The notes under the pieces were generated by a model. It saw only the letters and a list, made by a program, of their open reading frames with translations, had not been told where the DNA came from and made no database searches. A stretch of 64,000 nt of DNA from an uncultured cyanobacterium (GTDB lineage Bacteria > Cyanobacteriota > Cyanobacteriia > Cyanobacteriales > Cyanobacteriaceae): NCBI GenBank assembly GCA_963710605.1, contig CAVQBA010000004.1, forward strand, positions 1,248,001 through 1,312,000, in the 5' to 3' direction. Shown piece after piece: positions 1 through 10,900 of this stretch (position 1 is its first letter; each line of letters starts with the position of its first letter). The position numbers and the translations under genes were made by a program.

Positions 1-1936
1 AATTTTAGTCAAGTAAGTATCTCTTTAACTGAATCAACAGGAAATGGTGTAGTCTCTATTGTGCAAGATGTTAATAATAATGGCATCACAGATTCAGGAG
101 AATCAATTTACAATGTGAGTTCTTTTTCCGATCAAGGAGTGGTCAATTTAAATAGTGGTATTTATTTTGCCAGAGTTGCGATAGTTGGTAATAGTGATGC
201 AACTAACTATGACTTGAATTTAAGCGGTACAGCTCTCGATAATCCTAATCCTCCCGTCAATCCAGGTAATAGACCGAGCGATGCTTATGATGTTGGTATT
301 CTCAATGCACCACAAAGTTTTAGCCAGACGGTTTCTCAAGTTGATACAGATGATTATTACCGCTTCAGCTTAAATGATTTTAGTCAAGTAAGTATCTCTT
401 TAACTGAATCAACAGGAAATGGTGTAGTCTCTATTGTGCAAGATGTTAATAATAATGGCATCACAGATTCAGGAGAATCAATTTACAATGTGAGTTCTTT
501 TTCCGATCAAGGAGTGGTCAATTTAAATAGCGGTACTTATTTTGCCAGAGTTGCGATAGTTGGTAATAGTGATGCAACTAGCTATGACTTGAATTTAAGC
601 GGTACAGCTCTCGATAATCCCAATCCTCCCGTCAATCCAGGTAATTCACCAAGGGAAGCTTACAATCTTGGTCTTTTGAATACACCACAAAGTTTTAGCC
701 AAACAGTTACTCAAGTTGACGCAACTGATTATTATCGATTTAGCTTAGATGATTTTAGCCAAGTAAGTATCTCTTTAACCGAATCAACGGGAAATGGTGT
801 AGTCTCTATTGTACAAGATGCTAATAATAATGGCATCAGGGATTCAGGAGAATCAATTTATAATGTTGAGTTCTTTTTCCGATCAAGGGATGGTCAATTT
901 AAATAGCGGTACTTATTTTGCCGAGTTGCGTATTGGTAATAGTGATGCAACTAGCTATGACTTGAATTTAAGCGGTACAGCTATCAATAATCTTAATCCT
1001 CCCGTCAATCCGGGTAATTCACCAAGGGAAGCTTACAATCTTGGTATTCTCAACACACCACAGAATATTAGCCAGACAGTTACTCTAATTGATAGAACTG
1101 ATTATTACCGATTTACTTTATATTATAGTAGTCAAGTAAGTTTATCTTTATCTGAATCAACTGGAAATGGTGCAGTCTTTATTGTGCAGGATGTCAATAA
1201 TAATGGCATTAGTGATTCAGGAGAATCAATTTATAATGTTGGTTCTTTTAGCGATCAAGGGGTAGTCAATTTAGATAGTGGTACTTATTTGCCTAAGTGC
1301 TTAGTTGGTAATAGTGATGCAACTAGCTATGACTTGAATTTAAGTGGTATAGCTCTCAATAATAATTTAACTTTAGTACAGGGAACGGCACAAATTGCTT
1401 ATGTAGCCTATTACGGTCGTCCTGCTGACCCCGGTGGTTTGGATTATTGGAACGGACGTTTAGGTGATGAAAGAATCAACTATTCTCCTCGTAGCGGAGA
1501 CACTCTCACCGATTCTGAGCGAAGTGTTTATAACGAGTTGGTTTCAGGTTTCGGTAATGTCGAGGAAGCTAATCGAATTTTTGATAGTTTAAATAATCGT
1601 CAAAAAGTAAATCAGGTTTATCAGTTTGCTTTTAATCGTGATGGAGATTCAGGTGGTTTGGATTATTGGACTAACCAAATCGATCGAGGTTTTGTCAACC
1701 TAACTACTTTCGCCTTAGAAGTGGCATTGGGTGCACAAAACCAAGATTTTGAAGTCTTGGCAAATAAAATTGAGAGTGCCGATTTATTTTCTCGAGGAGT
1801 TGAGACTAATCCAGATGGCAGTGCTTATTCTGGCTCTAGAGGCGAAATTTTTGGTCGTGATTGGTTAGCAGGTTATGGCAATACAGTTGCTACCATAGCT
1901 AATGTTGATACTGCTTTAAGCGAATTAAACAGTTAA
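1..1936 (+). CDS. Surface protein, 5'-truncated, with tandem pre-peptidase C-terminal (PPC)-like repeats and a C-terminal DUF4214/RsaA-N-like domain; apparent frameshift near 870-930
   Basis: ~375-bp repeats (DYYRFSL...VQDVNNNGI...YDLNL) start at ~3, 378, 753 and 1127. C-terminus has AYYGRPADPGGLDYW and FNRDGDSGGLDYW motifs. ORFs 61..906 and 809..1936 continue the same repeat in different frames. Confidence 0.75.
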
Positions 1937-2011
1937 ACATATTCGATCGTAAGGTGATTTCTAAATCATAAAAATACTAGTAGCCATTACCATAACTTTT
2001 TTTAATTCTAA

Positions 2012-2152
2012 CTCCCCTCTCCTCGCAGGAGCGGTCAGACCCCGCTCAGGAGCGTAAGACGCAAGCGGTGAGACCCCGCGACGACTATAAGTCGCAAGGG
2101 AATGCTCACCAAGACGGGAACGCTGACCAAGACAGAGGGGCTGGGGGTGAGG
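2012..2152. repeat. Composite small dispersed repeat: CTCCCCTCTCC..AGG/AGAGGGGCTGGGGGTGAGG repeat interrupted by a nested pair of ~51-nt GCGG..AAGAC units (outer 2031-2133, inner 2065-2115)
   Basis: An uninterrupted host repeat occurs at ~30136-30173. Related units occur at 4497-4597 and 58304-58353. Confidence 0.85.
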
Positions 2153-2297
2153 TAGGAGCAAAAATGATTTTTTTCTTCGATCGTTAATTATTGATTATCG
2201 TTTGTGATCGTGTTACATTCGATCGGGTAAATTAAGCCATAATAGTGTTAATATTTTGTAACAAATAGTTATCACACCTTTTTATTTTTTTTTAAGT

Positions 2298-2675
2298 ATG
2301 TCTTATTATTTACCAGAGCCACCGATCGGGTTATTATTTTTTGGTTTTTTTATCGGGATTACCTGTGGTTTCGCTTTTGATGCAGCTTTAAAACAACAAG
2401 TTAGATCGTGGCAAAATGAAGTTCAAACAGGTCAAAATACCGATTTAGCTAAGATGTCGCAATTTTTACTTCCATTTGCTGGAGTTTGTATTGGTATTTG
2501 TATTTTTCTCACCGCTGGTTTAGAGATTTTTATTTATAACCGAGCGATTTCCTTTGCTGTAGCCGCACCTTTAACTCTTCTAACTGCGGGATTAGTTTGG
2601 ACACAGTTAAGAAAATTAATCACCCAACTACTAGAAGGTGGCTCTAAAGCTCTTGATTTGGACGCTTTCTTTTAA
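2298..2675 (+). CDS. Conserved cyanobacterial membrane protein (about 3 TM)
   Basis: 125-aa ORF with three hydrophobic segments. Confidence 0.7.
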   Translation: MSYYLPEPPIGLLFFGFFIGITCGFAFDAALKQQVRSWQNEVQTGQNTDLAKMSQFLLPFAGVCIGICIFLTAGLEIFIYNRAISFAVAAPLTLLTAGLVWTQLRKLITQLLEGGSKALDLDAFF

Positions 2676-2690
2676 TTAGTAATTTATAAT

Positions 2691-2939
2691 TTAGGTGGGA
2701 ATTGCTTCTCCTGGACGTAATCTCGCCCATTTACCCATATCTTTGGTAAAGCTGTTGCATCCCACTACATCCCATTCCATTTCGATGTATTCTCCTTGGG
2801 GGCTAATATTAACGTTAATCGAAGGTTTGTCTGGTTCAAAACTTGGTGTTTGGGTAAGATGTTCTTGTTGATGTTGTGCTTCTACGGCATGATAAGTATT
2901 ACAACGATCGACATATTCACAATTTATACAAATACACAT
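2691..2939 (-). CDS. ycf34: Ycf34 family Fe-S protein
   Basis: MCICINCEYVDRCNTYHAVE...EWDVVGC signature. Confidence 0.9.
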   Translation of the reverse strand: MCICINCEYVDRCNTYHAVEAQHQQEHLTQTPSFEPDKPSINVNISPQGEYIEMEWDVVGCNSFTKDMGKWARLRPGEAIPT

Positions 2940-3249
2940 AATCAGTTAAAAGTTAAAAGTTAAGAGTTAAGAGTTGATAATTATTTCATTCTTCATTGCT
3001 GATTGTTCTATCTGTAATGTAACTCAATTTTTCTTAAATTAGCACGATTAACTGTTAAGATTTTATACCTAACTAAATTGATGATTAACAATCACAGACC
3101 AAATAAATAGTAAATGTGAGTGAAAAGAAAAACGTAATTACTACTTCACGACAGCTATCTGACTAGATGTAATGTTTATTTTGATGCACAGAAAAAGAAC
3201 GAGGTAGGTAAAACAATTATTTATTATTCATTATTCATTATTCATTATC

Positions 3250-4474
3250 ATGTTTTCTTTACCTGAATTTGTTACAGCTAACCTTCCTTTCGATTTAGAT
3301 TTGCTACCTGATGATAGTTATTTAGTTGGTGGTGCTGTTAGAGATGTTTTGTTGCAACGCAATAGAGATTATTTAGATTTAGATTTTGTAGTGCCTAAAA
3401 ATGCGATTACACGGCTAAAAAAATTGCTAACAAATATAATGCAGGTTTTGTAATTTTAGACGAACAAAGAAATATTGCTCGTGTCGTTTTCCCTACAGCA
3501 ACAATTGATATTGCCCAGCAAGAAGGAAAGTCTTTACTTAATGATTTAGCTCGTCGTGATTACACCATTAATGCGATCGCTTATGATTGCCTAAAACAAA
3601 AAATAATTGACCCATTGCAAGGACAAAAAGACTTAAGAGAAGGGATAATCAGGATGATATCTAAAAATAACTTGAAAGAAGATTCTTTAAGATTATTAAG
3701 AGGTTATCGTCAAGGATGTCAACTTAATTTTACGATCGAAAATCAGACTCGCATAGCAATAAAAGAATTAGCACCACTTTTAGCTAATGTTGCCGAAGAA
3801 AGAATCAATCGTGAATTAGAATATATCTTGAGTAATATTCGTGGTAGTAAATGGTTAAAGGATGCTTTTGAATCTGGCTTGTTATCGGTTAACTTTCCTC
3901 ATCTTAACTCCAATAATCTCGATCGACTTGTCAAAATTGATAATGCCATTGAATGGCTTGAAAAAAATCACAAAGCAAATTAACACCAATAGAATCACAA
4001 TGGCGTAGTTTAGCTAAATTAGCTTGTCTGACGGAGACTAACCCCGAAATTGTCGCCGTGCAATTAAATCATCTCAAATATTCTCGTCAACAAGTTAAAA
4101 CAATTATTACAATACATCAACAAATACCAAAGTTAAAAGAAGAAGATTTTGCCAACAATTTAACTAGTCAATATTTTTTCTTTCAATCCGTGGGTGATAT
4201 TTTTCCAGTATTAGCTATTTTCGCCCTTACTGATGATATATCTCCAGATTTACTATCAATGTTAATCAAACGATATTGTAACCCTGAAGATAAAGTCGCT
4301 CATCCACAACCATTATTAACAGGAAACGACTTAATGCAAGAGTTGCAACTACCTCCTAGTAAATTAATTGGTGAATTGTTGACTGAAGTACAGATTGCTT
4401 ATATTAACGATGAAATTGACGATCGAAATCAAGCCATTATTTGGGCAAGACAACAATTGACAATTAGTAATTAA
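3250..4474 (+). CDS. CCA-adding tRNA nucleotidyltransferase / poly(A) polymerase family, broken by two apparent frameshifts (~3410 and ~3975)
   Basis: YLVGGAVRDVLL..DLDFVV in the first fragment, DLARRDYTINAIA and EDSLRLLRGYR in the second frame, LLTGNDLMQEL...IGELL in the third. Confidence 0.85.
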
Positions 4475-4496
4475 TACTCCTTACTCCTTACTCCTT

Positions 4497-4597
4497 GCGG
4501 TGGAAGCCCGCGTCGGCGTAAGACGCAAGCGGTCAGAACCCGCGACGACGGCAAGTCGCAAGGGAAGGCTGACCAAGACGGGAATGTCCACCAAGAC
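4497..4597. repeat. Nested pair of ~51-nt structured repeats (inner 4529-4579) inserted in an (ACTCCTT)n heptamer array
   Basis: Same architecture as 2031-2133; ACTCCTT on both sides. Confidence 0.85.
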
Positions 4598-4602
4598 ACT
4601 CC

Positions 4603-6240
4603 TTACTTAAGTTTTCCCGATCGTAATATACTGACAATCAACCATAAACCAAGAAAACTAGCAGTAGCAAAAAGAATACCACTGAGAATGAGCAAATTTT
4701 TGCTTGTAGCGGTACTAGAAATAATCGCCGCACCGATGGTTAACGAGCCAACTACGATACTAAAAGAGAGTCGGTTAGCTGAATAATCCAAACTTCTTCT
4801 TAAACCGTCTATTTCAGCGATTCTTAAATTCCAACGTAACTTTTCAGAACTAATACGCTCTAGAATAACATCAAGCTGACGGGGCGATCGTAAACTAATT
4901 GATTTTAAATCCAAAACCGTCCTAAATAAAGTTTGAAAAGGAGTATCACCCACTAACTGACGACGAAATAAATCAGTCATTAAAGGTTTGATTTCTTCAA
5001 GCAAATTGATTTGCGGATTCAAATTACGGGCAACACCTTCTAAATTAGCCAAACTTTTAGCATACAATCCCATATTTCCGGGCAGACGGATTTTGTTTTT
5101 ACGGGCAACTCCCAAAATGTTATAAAAAACTTCACTAAAATTTAACTGCGAAAGTGATAGATTATAATACTTCCTTAACATCCGTTGATAATCATTTTCT
5201 AATTGAGCTAGATTAGTTTTACTCGGATTACCTTCAGATAACTCTAAAGTAAGTTGAGCACATCTTTGAGCATCAATATCAACAATAGCCAGTAACATCT
5301 CAGTTAACAATTGCTGTGTATGGACATCTAATTTACCCACCATGCCACAATCGATAATTCCCACCTTACCATTATCAAGATAGAATATATTACCAGGGTG
5401 AGGATCAGCATGAAAAAAACCATCAACAAATATCTGCTGAAAAAATGCCCGAAACAACAAGGTACTAATTTCTTGACGTTTAAGAGTATCATCTACAGCG
5501 ATATTCGCTTCTAAAAGTGGCTTACCGTATAACCATTCTAAAACTAATATTTTTTTACTCGTAAATTCCCAATAGACATGAGGTACAATCAATTTTTCGG
5601 AATCTACCCAACTACTATTAGCCAAGTTAAGACATAATTTATCTGTATAAGCACCTTCTTGACAAAAATCTAATTCGGCTTTGACTGCTTCTGTGAATTC
5701 CTCGGCTAGTGCAACAATATCATAGTCACTACCTATATCTGTCATCGCCATAATATCCGCAATCCCTCGTATTAATTTAATATCTTGGGTTACTATCTGC
5801 TCAATATAAGGGCGTTGAATTTTGATGGCTACTTCTTCCCCTGTGATTAATGTAGCACGATGTATCTGAGCGATCGAACCTGCGGCGACAGGTTGAGGAT
5901 TAATTTTGCTAAAAACGTTTTCTAAAGGTAAAGGTAATTGCTCCCTTAAAGTTGCTTCCATCAACTCCCATTCTACAGTAGGCACTTGGGCTTGAAGTGC
6001 AGTTAAGGCTTCGATATATCGAGGAGGTAATAAATCTGGACGAGTACTTAATAGTTGCCCAAATTTGACATAAAATGGTCCTAATTCAATTAATATTTTG
6101 CGAAATACTTCTGGTTGTGGTAGTCTTGGTTCATTAGATTTACCACGAGTTAGTATTCCTCGCATATAATCCCAACCATTACTAAATACAACTTCGATAA
6201 TTTCTCTTTGTCTGGTACTAGTTTTAGTTAATGAAAACAT
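4603..6240 (-). CDS. AarF/ABC1/UbiB family atypical kinase
   Basis: LGPFYVKFGQLLSTRPDLLP, AAGSIAQIH, VAIKIQRP, FFHADPHPGN, C-terminal TM pair; likely start MFSLTK at 6240. Confidence 0.92.
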   Translation of the reverse strand: MFSLTKTSTRQREIIEVVFSNGWDYMRGILTRGKSNEPRLPQPEVFRKILIELGPFYVKFGQLLSTRPDLLPPRYIEALTALQAQVPTVEWELMEATLREQLPLPLENVFSKINPQPVAAGSIAQIHRATLITGEEVAIKIQRPYIEQIVTQDIKLIRGIADIMAMTDIGSDYDIVALAEEFTEAVKAELDFCQEGAYTDKLCLNLANSSWVDSEKLIVPHVYWEFTSKKILVLEWLYGKPLLEANIAVDDTLKRQEISTLLFRAFFQQIFVDGFFHADPHPGNIFYLDNGKVGIIDCGMVGKLDVHTQQLLTEMLLAIVDIDAQRCAQLTLELSEGNPSKTNLAQLENDYQRMLRKYYNLSLSQLNFSEVFYNILGVARKNKIRLPGNMGLYAKSLANLEGVARNLNPQINLLEEIKPLMTDLFRRQLVGDTPFQTLFRTVLDLKSISLRSPRQLDVILERISSEKLRWNLRIAEIDGLRRSLDYSANRLSFSIVVGSLTIGAAIISSTATSKNLLILSGILFATASFLGLWLIVSILRSGKLK

Positions 6241-6435
6241 AAGTAAATAATTGACAATTAACAATTACCTTCACCAGTTAAAGTGAGGCTTTTATCCTTT
6301 GCTTTTTGGTAATAATTTAGAGACTCTTTGTTTAATATCTTACTCTAACCTTGAATTCACATTTTTTTTTATGGTAGTCATTCTAACCCTATTTTCCAAC
6401 AACAAAGAATTGTTATCAAAATCCTAAGTAAGTCA

Positions 6436-6550
6436 ACAAAGGGCAAAGGTAAGTAATGAGTAAGGAGTAAGAAGTAATAAGAAAAAATAACACCGTTACT
6501 ACCATTAAAATCCAATACGCCTATCAAAGAAGTATCCCCCCCATCCCTAC
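6436..6550. repeat. Dispersed intergenic repeat (CAAAGGTAA...ACTACCATTAAAATCCAATACGCCTATCAAAG)
   Basis: Related copies at ~20252-20330, ~41090-41143 (reverse strand) and ~45186-45253. Confidence 0.75.
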
Positions 6551-6846
6551 GCAGGGCTGTTTCATTCAAAGGAAGAAGAAAATAGCTATCTGCTCAAAAC
6601 AAATAGCTAGAAGCTATTACTACATACTCGATCGAGCGATTTGGTCATCTTATCTTTTTATTTTTAGAAAAAAACGGCTAAATTTACTGGTATTTCTTAG
6701 TTGTAGAAAATAGAAGAAACATAATTAATTGTTAAATCCGAATAATTTGTATGGTAAAAGTATTACTTATTACTTCTTACTTATTATTTCTTACTTATTA
6801 TTTCTTACTTGTTACTTTTTACTTCTTACTCGTTACTCACAATAAT

Positions 6847-7743
6847 CTAACATCCCGCATCTCCTACTACATCAAATTGCTGAGTTTTATCTTCTATTAT
6901 CACAGTTATTGTACCATTAGGAATATTAACCGATTCAATTTCACCTTTAGCACCCAAAGTCACATCGACTTCCACCAATATTCGATCGTCTTCTGTAGTA
7001 AAAACTTGATTTGTTTTTTGTCCGTAAAATTCTTCTCCTTGAGATGATTTTCTGATCAGTTTAGTTAACTTACCATCAAAAGACATAAATGCGTCAGTAT
7101 CTCCTTGAGTATCTTCTATTCCATTAAAGAATAAAAATCCTCTTTGATTAGTTTGGGCTTTTTTATCTAAACTCATACCACAACCGCCTCCACCCGCATC
7201 GAATAATTCATCGGTGGTGAATCTCGTAATTTCGATCGATGAAGAAGTTGTTTTATCTTCAAGAGTAACATTAGGTATTTCGGTTAGTAGTGTGTCACCA
7301 CAATAAATCATGACGGAGCGATATTCATTGATTGTGGTGGGCATGGTGTAATTCACTTTTGTCGGCGTAATTACTTGAATAGCAACGCCTTCTGGGGGAA
7401 TAGGTGAAAAAGAAATACGTTGTGCTGGTGGTTGTCGTCGATCGAGTATTCCGGGTTTCCATTCAACTTGATAGTTAGGAGTCGGCATATCCACTTCTCC
7501 TGATATATTTAAACGCAATTCACCATCCCCAACATTATCTATCCAAGCTTGCCAGTTACGACTTTGGGTTACTGTACAAGAAGAATTATTATTGATAGTT
7601 TGCACAATTTCGTTATTAGAAGATGTTAAGTTTTCCTCTGTTTTAGCACCTGTTATTTGTGAATTAGGATTATCACATCCAGCCATTACCAAAGAGAGAA
7701 AAATTAGGCAAGTTAAAAAGTAAGAATTAATTTTTTTAAACAC
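6847..7743 (-). CDS. Hypothetical lipoprotein
   Basis: Hydrophobic N-terminus ending in a lipobox (VMAGC); 298 aa. Confidence 0.7.
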   Translation of the reverse strand: MFKKINSYFLTCLIFLSLVMAGCDNPNSQITGAKTEENLTSSNNEIVQTINNNSSCTVTQSRNWQAWIDNVGDGELRLNISGEVDMPTPNYQVEWKPGILDRRQPPAQRISFSPIPPEGVAIQVITPTKVNYTMPTTINEYRSVMIYCGDTLLTEIPNVTLEDKTTSSSIEITRFTTDELFDAGGGGCGMSLDKKAQTNQRGFLFFNGIEDTQGDTDAFMSFDGKLTKLIRKSSQGEEFYGQKTNQVFTTEDDRILVEVDVTLGAKGEIESVNIPNGTITVIIEDKTQQFDVVGDAGC

Positions 7744-7956
7744 GATCGACTCTTAAGATTGATATTTCTTTTGTTTAGATAACTTTTTATCATGATGTCG
7801 GCAGAATACCCTTATGTCCTTGACTTAGGGATGAATGCCGACAAATCAATTGAGGGCGATTAGCCCATCCCCTCATTAAAAAAAATAAGTGAGAAAATTC
7901 AATTTTGTCACTTATAATTAAAATGATTAAAAAATACTGAATAATCAGTAATTCTC

Positions 7957-10900
7957 ATGATATTAGCTTTTTGCTACAAATTAAAACCTAGTTTGTCCCA
8001 ACAAAGGACGATCGCTCATTGGATGGCAATGTTGAGGTCGCACTACAACTATTGCCTAGCCGATCGAATTGGTAGTTATGAAGAAGTTCGATCGCCTAAA
8101 CTAGGAGAATATTGCGACTTGCGAACTAAGGCAGTTTGTTCTCCCTTAAGCTGTGCCATCTCTAAAAATTCTAATATGGGCGAACCATTTAAAGGTAATG
8201 GTAAAAGACGTAATGCCTATGAAATGCAATCTTCAGAACTACCTATTCTTAAAAAGTCTCGCCCGTGGTATGCCACCATTAGCTCAACTGTCCTTCAACA
8301 AAATCTTCGACGATTGAATGATGCCTTTGAGGGGTTTTTCAATGGTAAAGGCTATCCTGCTTTTAAAAGGCGTAATAAGTTTAAAAGTTTTTCCTATGCC
8401 CCAAACCAAGTTCAGTTTAATCCGCAAAAAGTCTATTTGCCCAAAATAGGATGGATGCGGTTTTTCAAGTCTAGGGCTTTTCCTAATGGGTTCACTCCCA
8501 AGACTGTTACCGTTAGGCAAAAAGCCGACGGGTACTATATATCTGTACGCTTGGAAGACAAAACTGTCCCTGACTTTGAACCAATGGAAATCGATCGAGT
8601 AAAATCGATTGTCGGAATTGACTTAGGAGCAAGACCTCATAAGTTATGTTGTTTGTCCACAGGAGAAAATATCCCTAATCCCATGTTTGCCAAACAATCT
8701 AGTAAACGTCGAACATTACTACACCGTAGGGCTAGTCGTAAAGTGAAAGGCTCAAAAAATCAAAAAAAAGCCTACCAAAAATTAAGCAAATTTGAACTTG
8801 GAGTTATAAATCAAAGAAATGATTACCAGTGGAAAGTGGGACACCAGCTAGTACGCAAGTTTGATGCGATCGTCATGGAAGCCTTGCAAATTCAAAATAT
8901 GACTCGTCGATGCAAACCAAAACTAGATGAGCAAGGGAAATACCTTAAAAATGGACAATCGGCTAAACGGGCATTAAGCCGCTTAATCCAAGATTGTAGT
9001 TGGGAAAAACTAAAGGGCAAAATACGTCAAGTCGCTGAAAAGTGTGGGCGTATTTTTCTAGAAGTAGAACCTAAATTTTCCTCTCAAACCTGTTCGTCTT
9101 GTGGGTTCAAAAGTAAAGAAAACAGAAAGAAAGAATCATTTTTGTGCCTAAACTGTGGAATGTCTCATGATGCGGATACCAATGCGTCGCTCGTATTAGC
9201 AACTCGTGGAATTGAAAAACTTGGTATTAGTGAAAATACCCTATGGGGGGTCACCCCAAAAGTTACGGCTACCTCTGAAACCTCAGAGGTGACTAGAAAT
9301 AGTCAGGAGATCAAATCAGTGGCGTTGGCGACTGAGCCTAGCAACCCTCTACAACGTGCGATTCGTTCTTACGAAACCTTTATCTAAAGGTGGATGTGAG
9401 GCTTTCAGTTAAGTAACTCCCCCTGAGTTGTGCTCGCACTTTAATCCTTAACTGAATTAATAACTTGTAATTCATGGAGGTGAATCAGTATCCTAGAACA
9501 TAAGTCCTCCCGACCTTGTGCGGGTTGAAAAGCATACAGCGTCCCCACTCGTGAGGGTGGTGAGAAGTTTCCCCAATTTCTGAGGTGACAACTCAGAGGT
9601 TGAAGCGGGAGTAAAAGCGGATAGTAGCGATAATTGCTGAAAACGCCTCACCGCAAGCAAGTGTTTTATAAGCGACCCAGGACTGAGATAATCTCAGGGA
9701 AATGGACATCGTGGGGTAGATAATCAAAGTATCTATTGAAGCGTCTCAAAGGGTTAGCAAGGGATATAAGCTAGTGGATAATGCCACACCTTGCATTCCG
9801 AAATAACGGAAGAATAATAATATGTGGTTCTGTTGTAAAGTCACATCGCACAATTAATTCAAATAGGCGTAAAGGTACACCCTAAAGAACACAAATCAAC
9901 TGGTTGCACCGTCGCAACCAGCAATGGAATACAGGAACGAAGTAAACCAATATAAGCCCCAGAATAACTGGTAGGTCGTCAAACCGTATGCTTAAGTTGG
10001 GAAAGGATGGGTCAAGAAGCTAATGCCTAGCTCGAAAACACGAGCATTGCTGGAAAAGAGAAGGGGTAACGCCCAGGATACGCAGACGTGACTCGCAATA
10101 TATCAAATGCTAAAGGTGTCAGTAGTAGTAAATATGTCTAATACAGAATCGAATCAGAATACTGTGGAATGGGAAAATATCGATTGGCGTAAAGTCGAAA
10201 GATATGTCTTTAAGCTACAAAAACGCATTTACGCTGCTTCACGTCGTGGTGAAGTTAAGAAAGTACGCAAACTCCAAAGAACCCTTATGAGGTCTTGGTC
10301 TAATAAGGTACTTTCGGTCAGAAAGGTAACACAGGATAACAGAGGTAAGAAGACGGCAGGAGTGGATGGAGCAAAAGCACTTTCCCCAGAAGAACGTATG
10401 AACCTCGTAGGTCAACTAAAAATCACAGGAAAAAGTAAACCAACTCGGAGAGTATGGATACCGAAACAAAATAGTGGTGAAAGAAGACCATTGGGAATAC
10501 CAACTATATATGACCGAGCCTTACAAAACACTGTTAAATCAGCGATTGAGCCAGAATGGGAAGCTCGTTTTGAGTCAAACAGCTATGGTTTTAGACCAGG
10601 ACGGTCAGTCCACGATGCTATCAAGCAAATTAAAAATGCAATTCAAAAGAAACCAAAATACGTTTTGGATGCCGATATTGCAAAATGTTTTGATAAAATC
10701 AACCACTTATCCTTACTTAAGAAGCTCGGATACACGGGTAAAATCAGGCAACAAATTAAAGCCTGGTTAAAATCTGGGGTCATTGACCAAAAGGTTTTTA
10801 CTACTACGTCTGAGGGTACACCGCAAGGTGGGGTTATTAGCCCTTTACTCGCTAATATTGCCCTCCACGGGATAGAAATTATGTTAAAGGAGTTTGTCAA

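Noticed and set aside
2031-2133. GC-rich structured repeat as a tRNA or CRISPR array
   Set aside because: No cloverleaf or T-loop consensus; the units are nested rather than separated by unique spacers.
1961-2161. 66-aa ORF, and similar short ORFs at 6378, 6751, 41976 and 60028
   Set aside because: They run through intergenic repeats or low-complexity heptamers and show no protein features.
7957-9387. TnpB as a Cas12f/type V CRISPR effector
   Set aside because: No repeat-spacer array or cas genes nearby; IS200/IS605-type ends are present.
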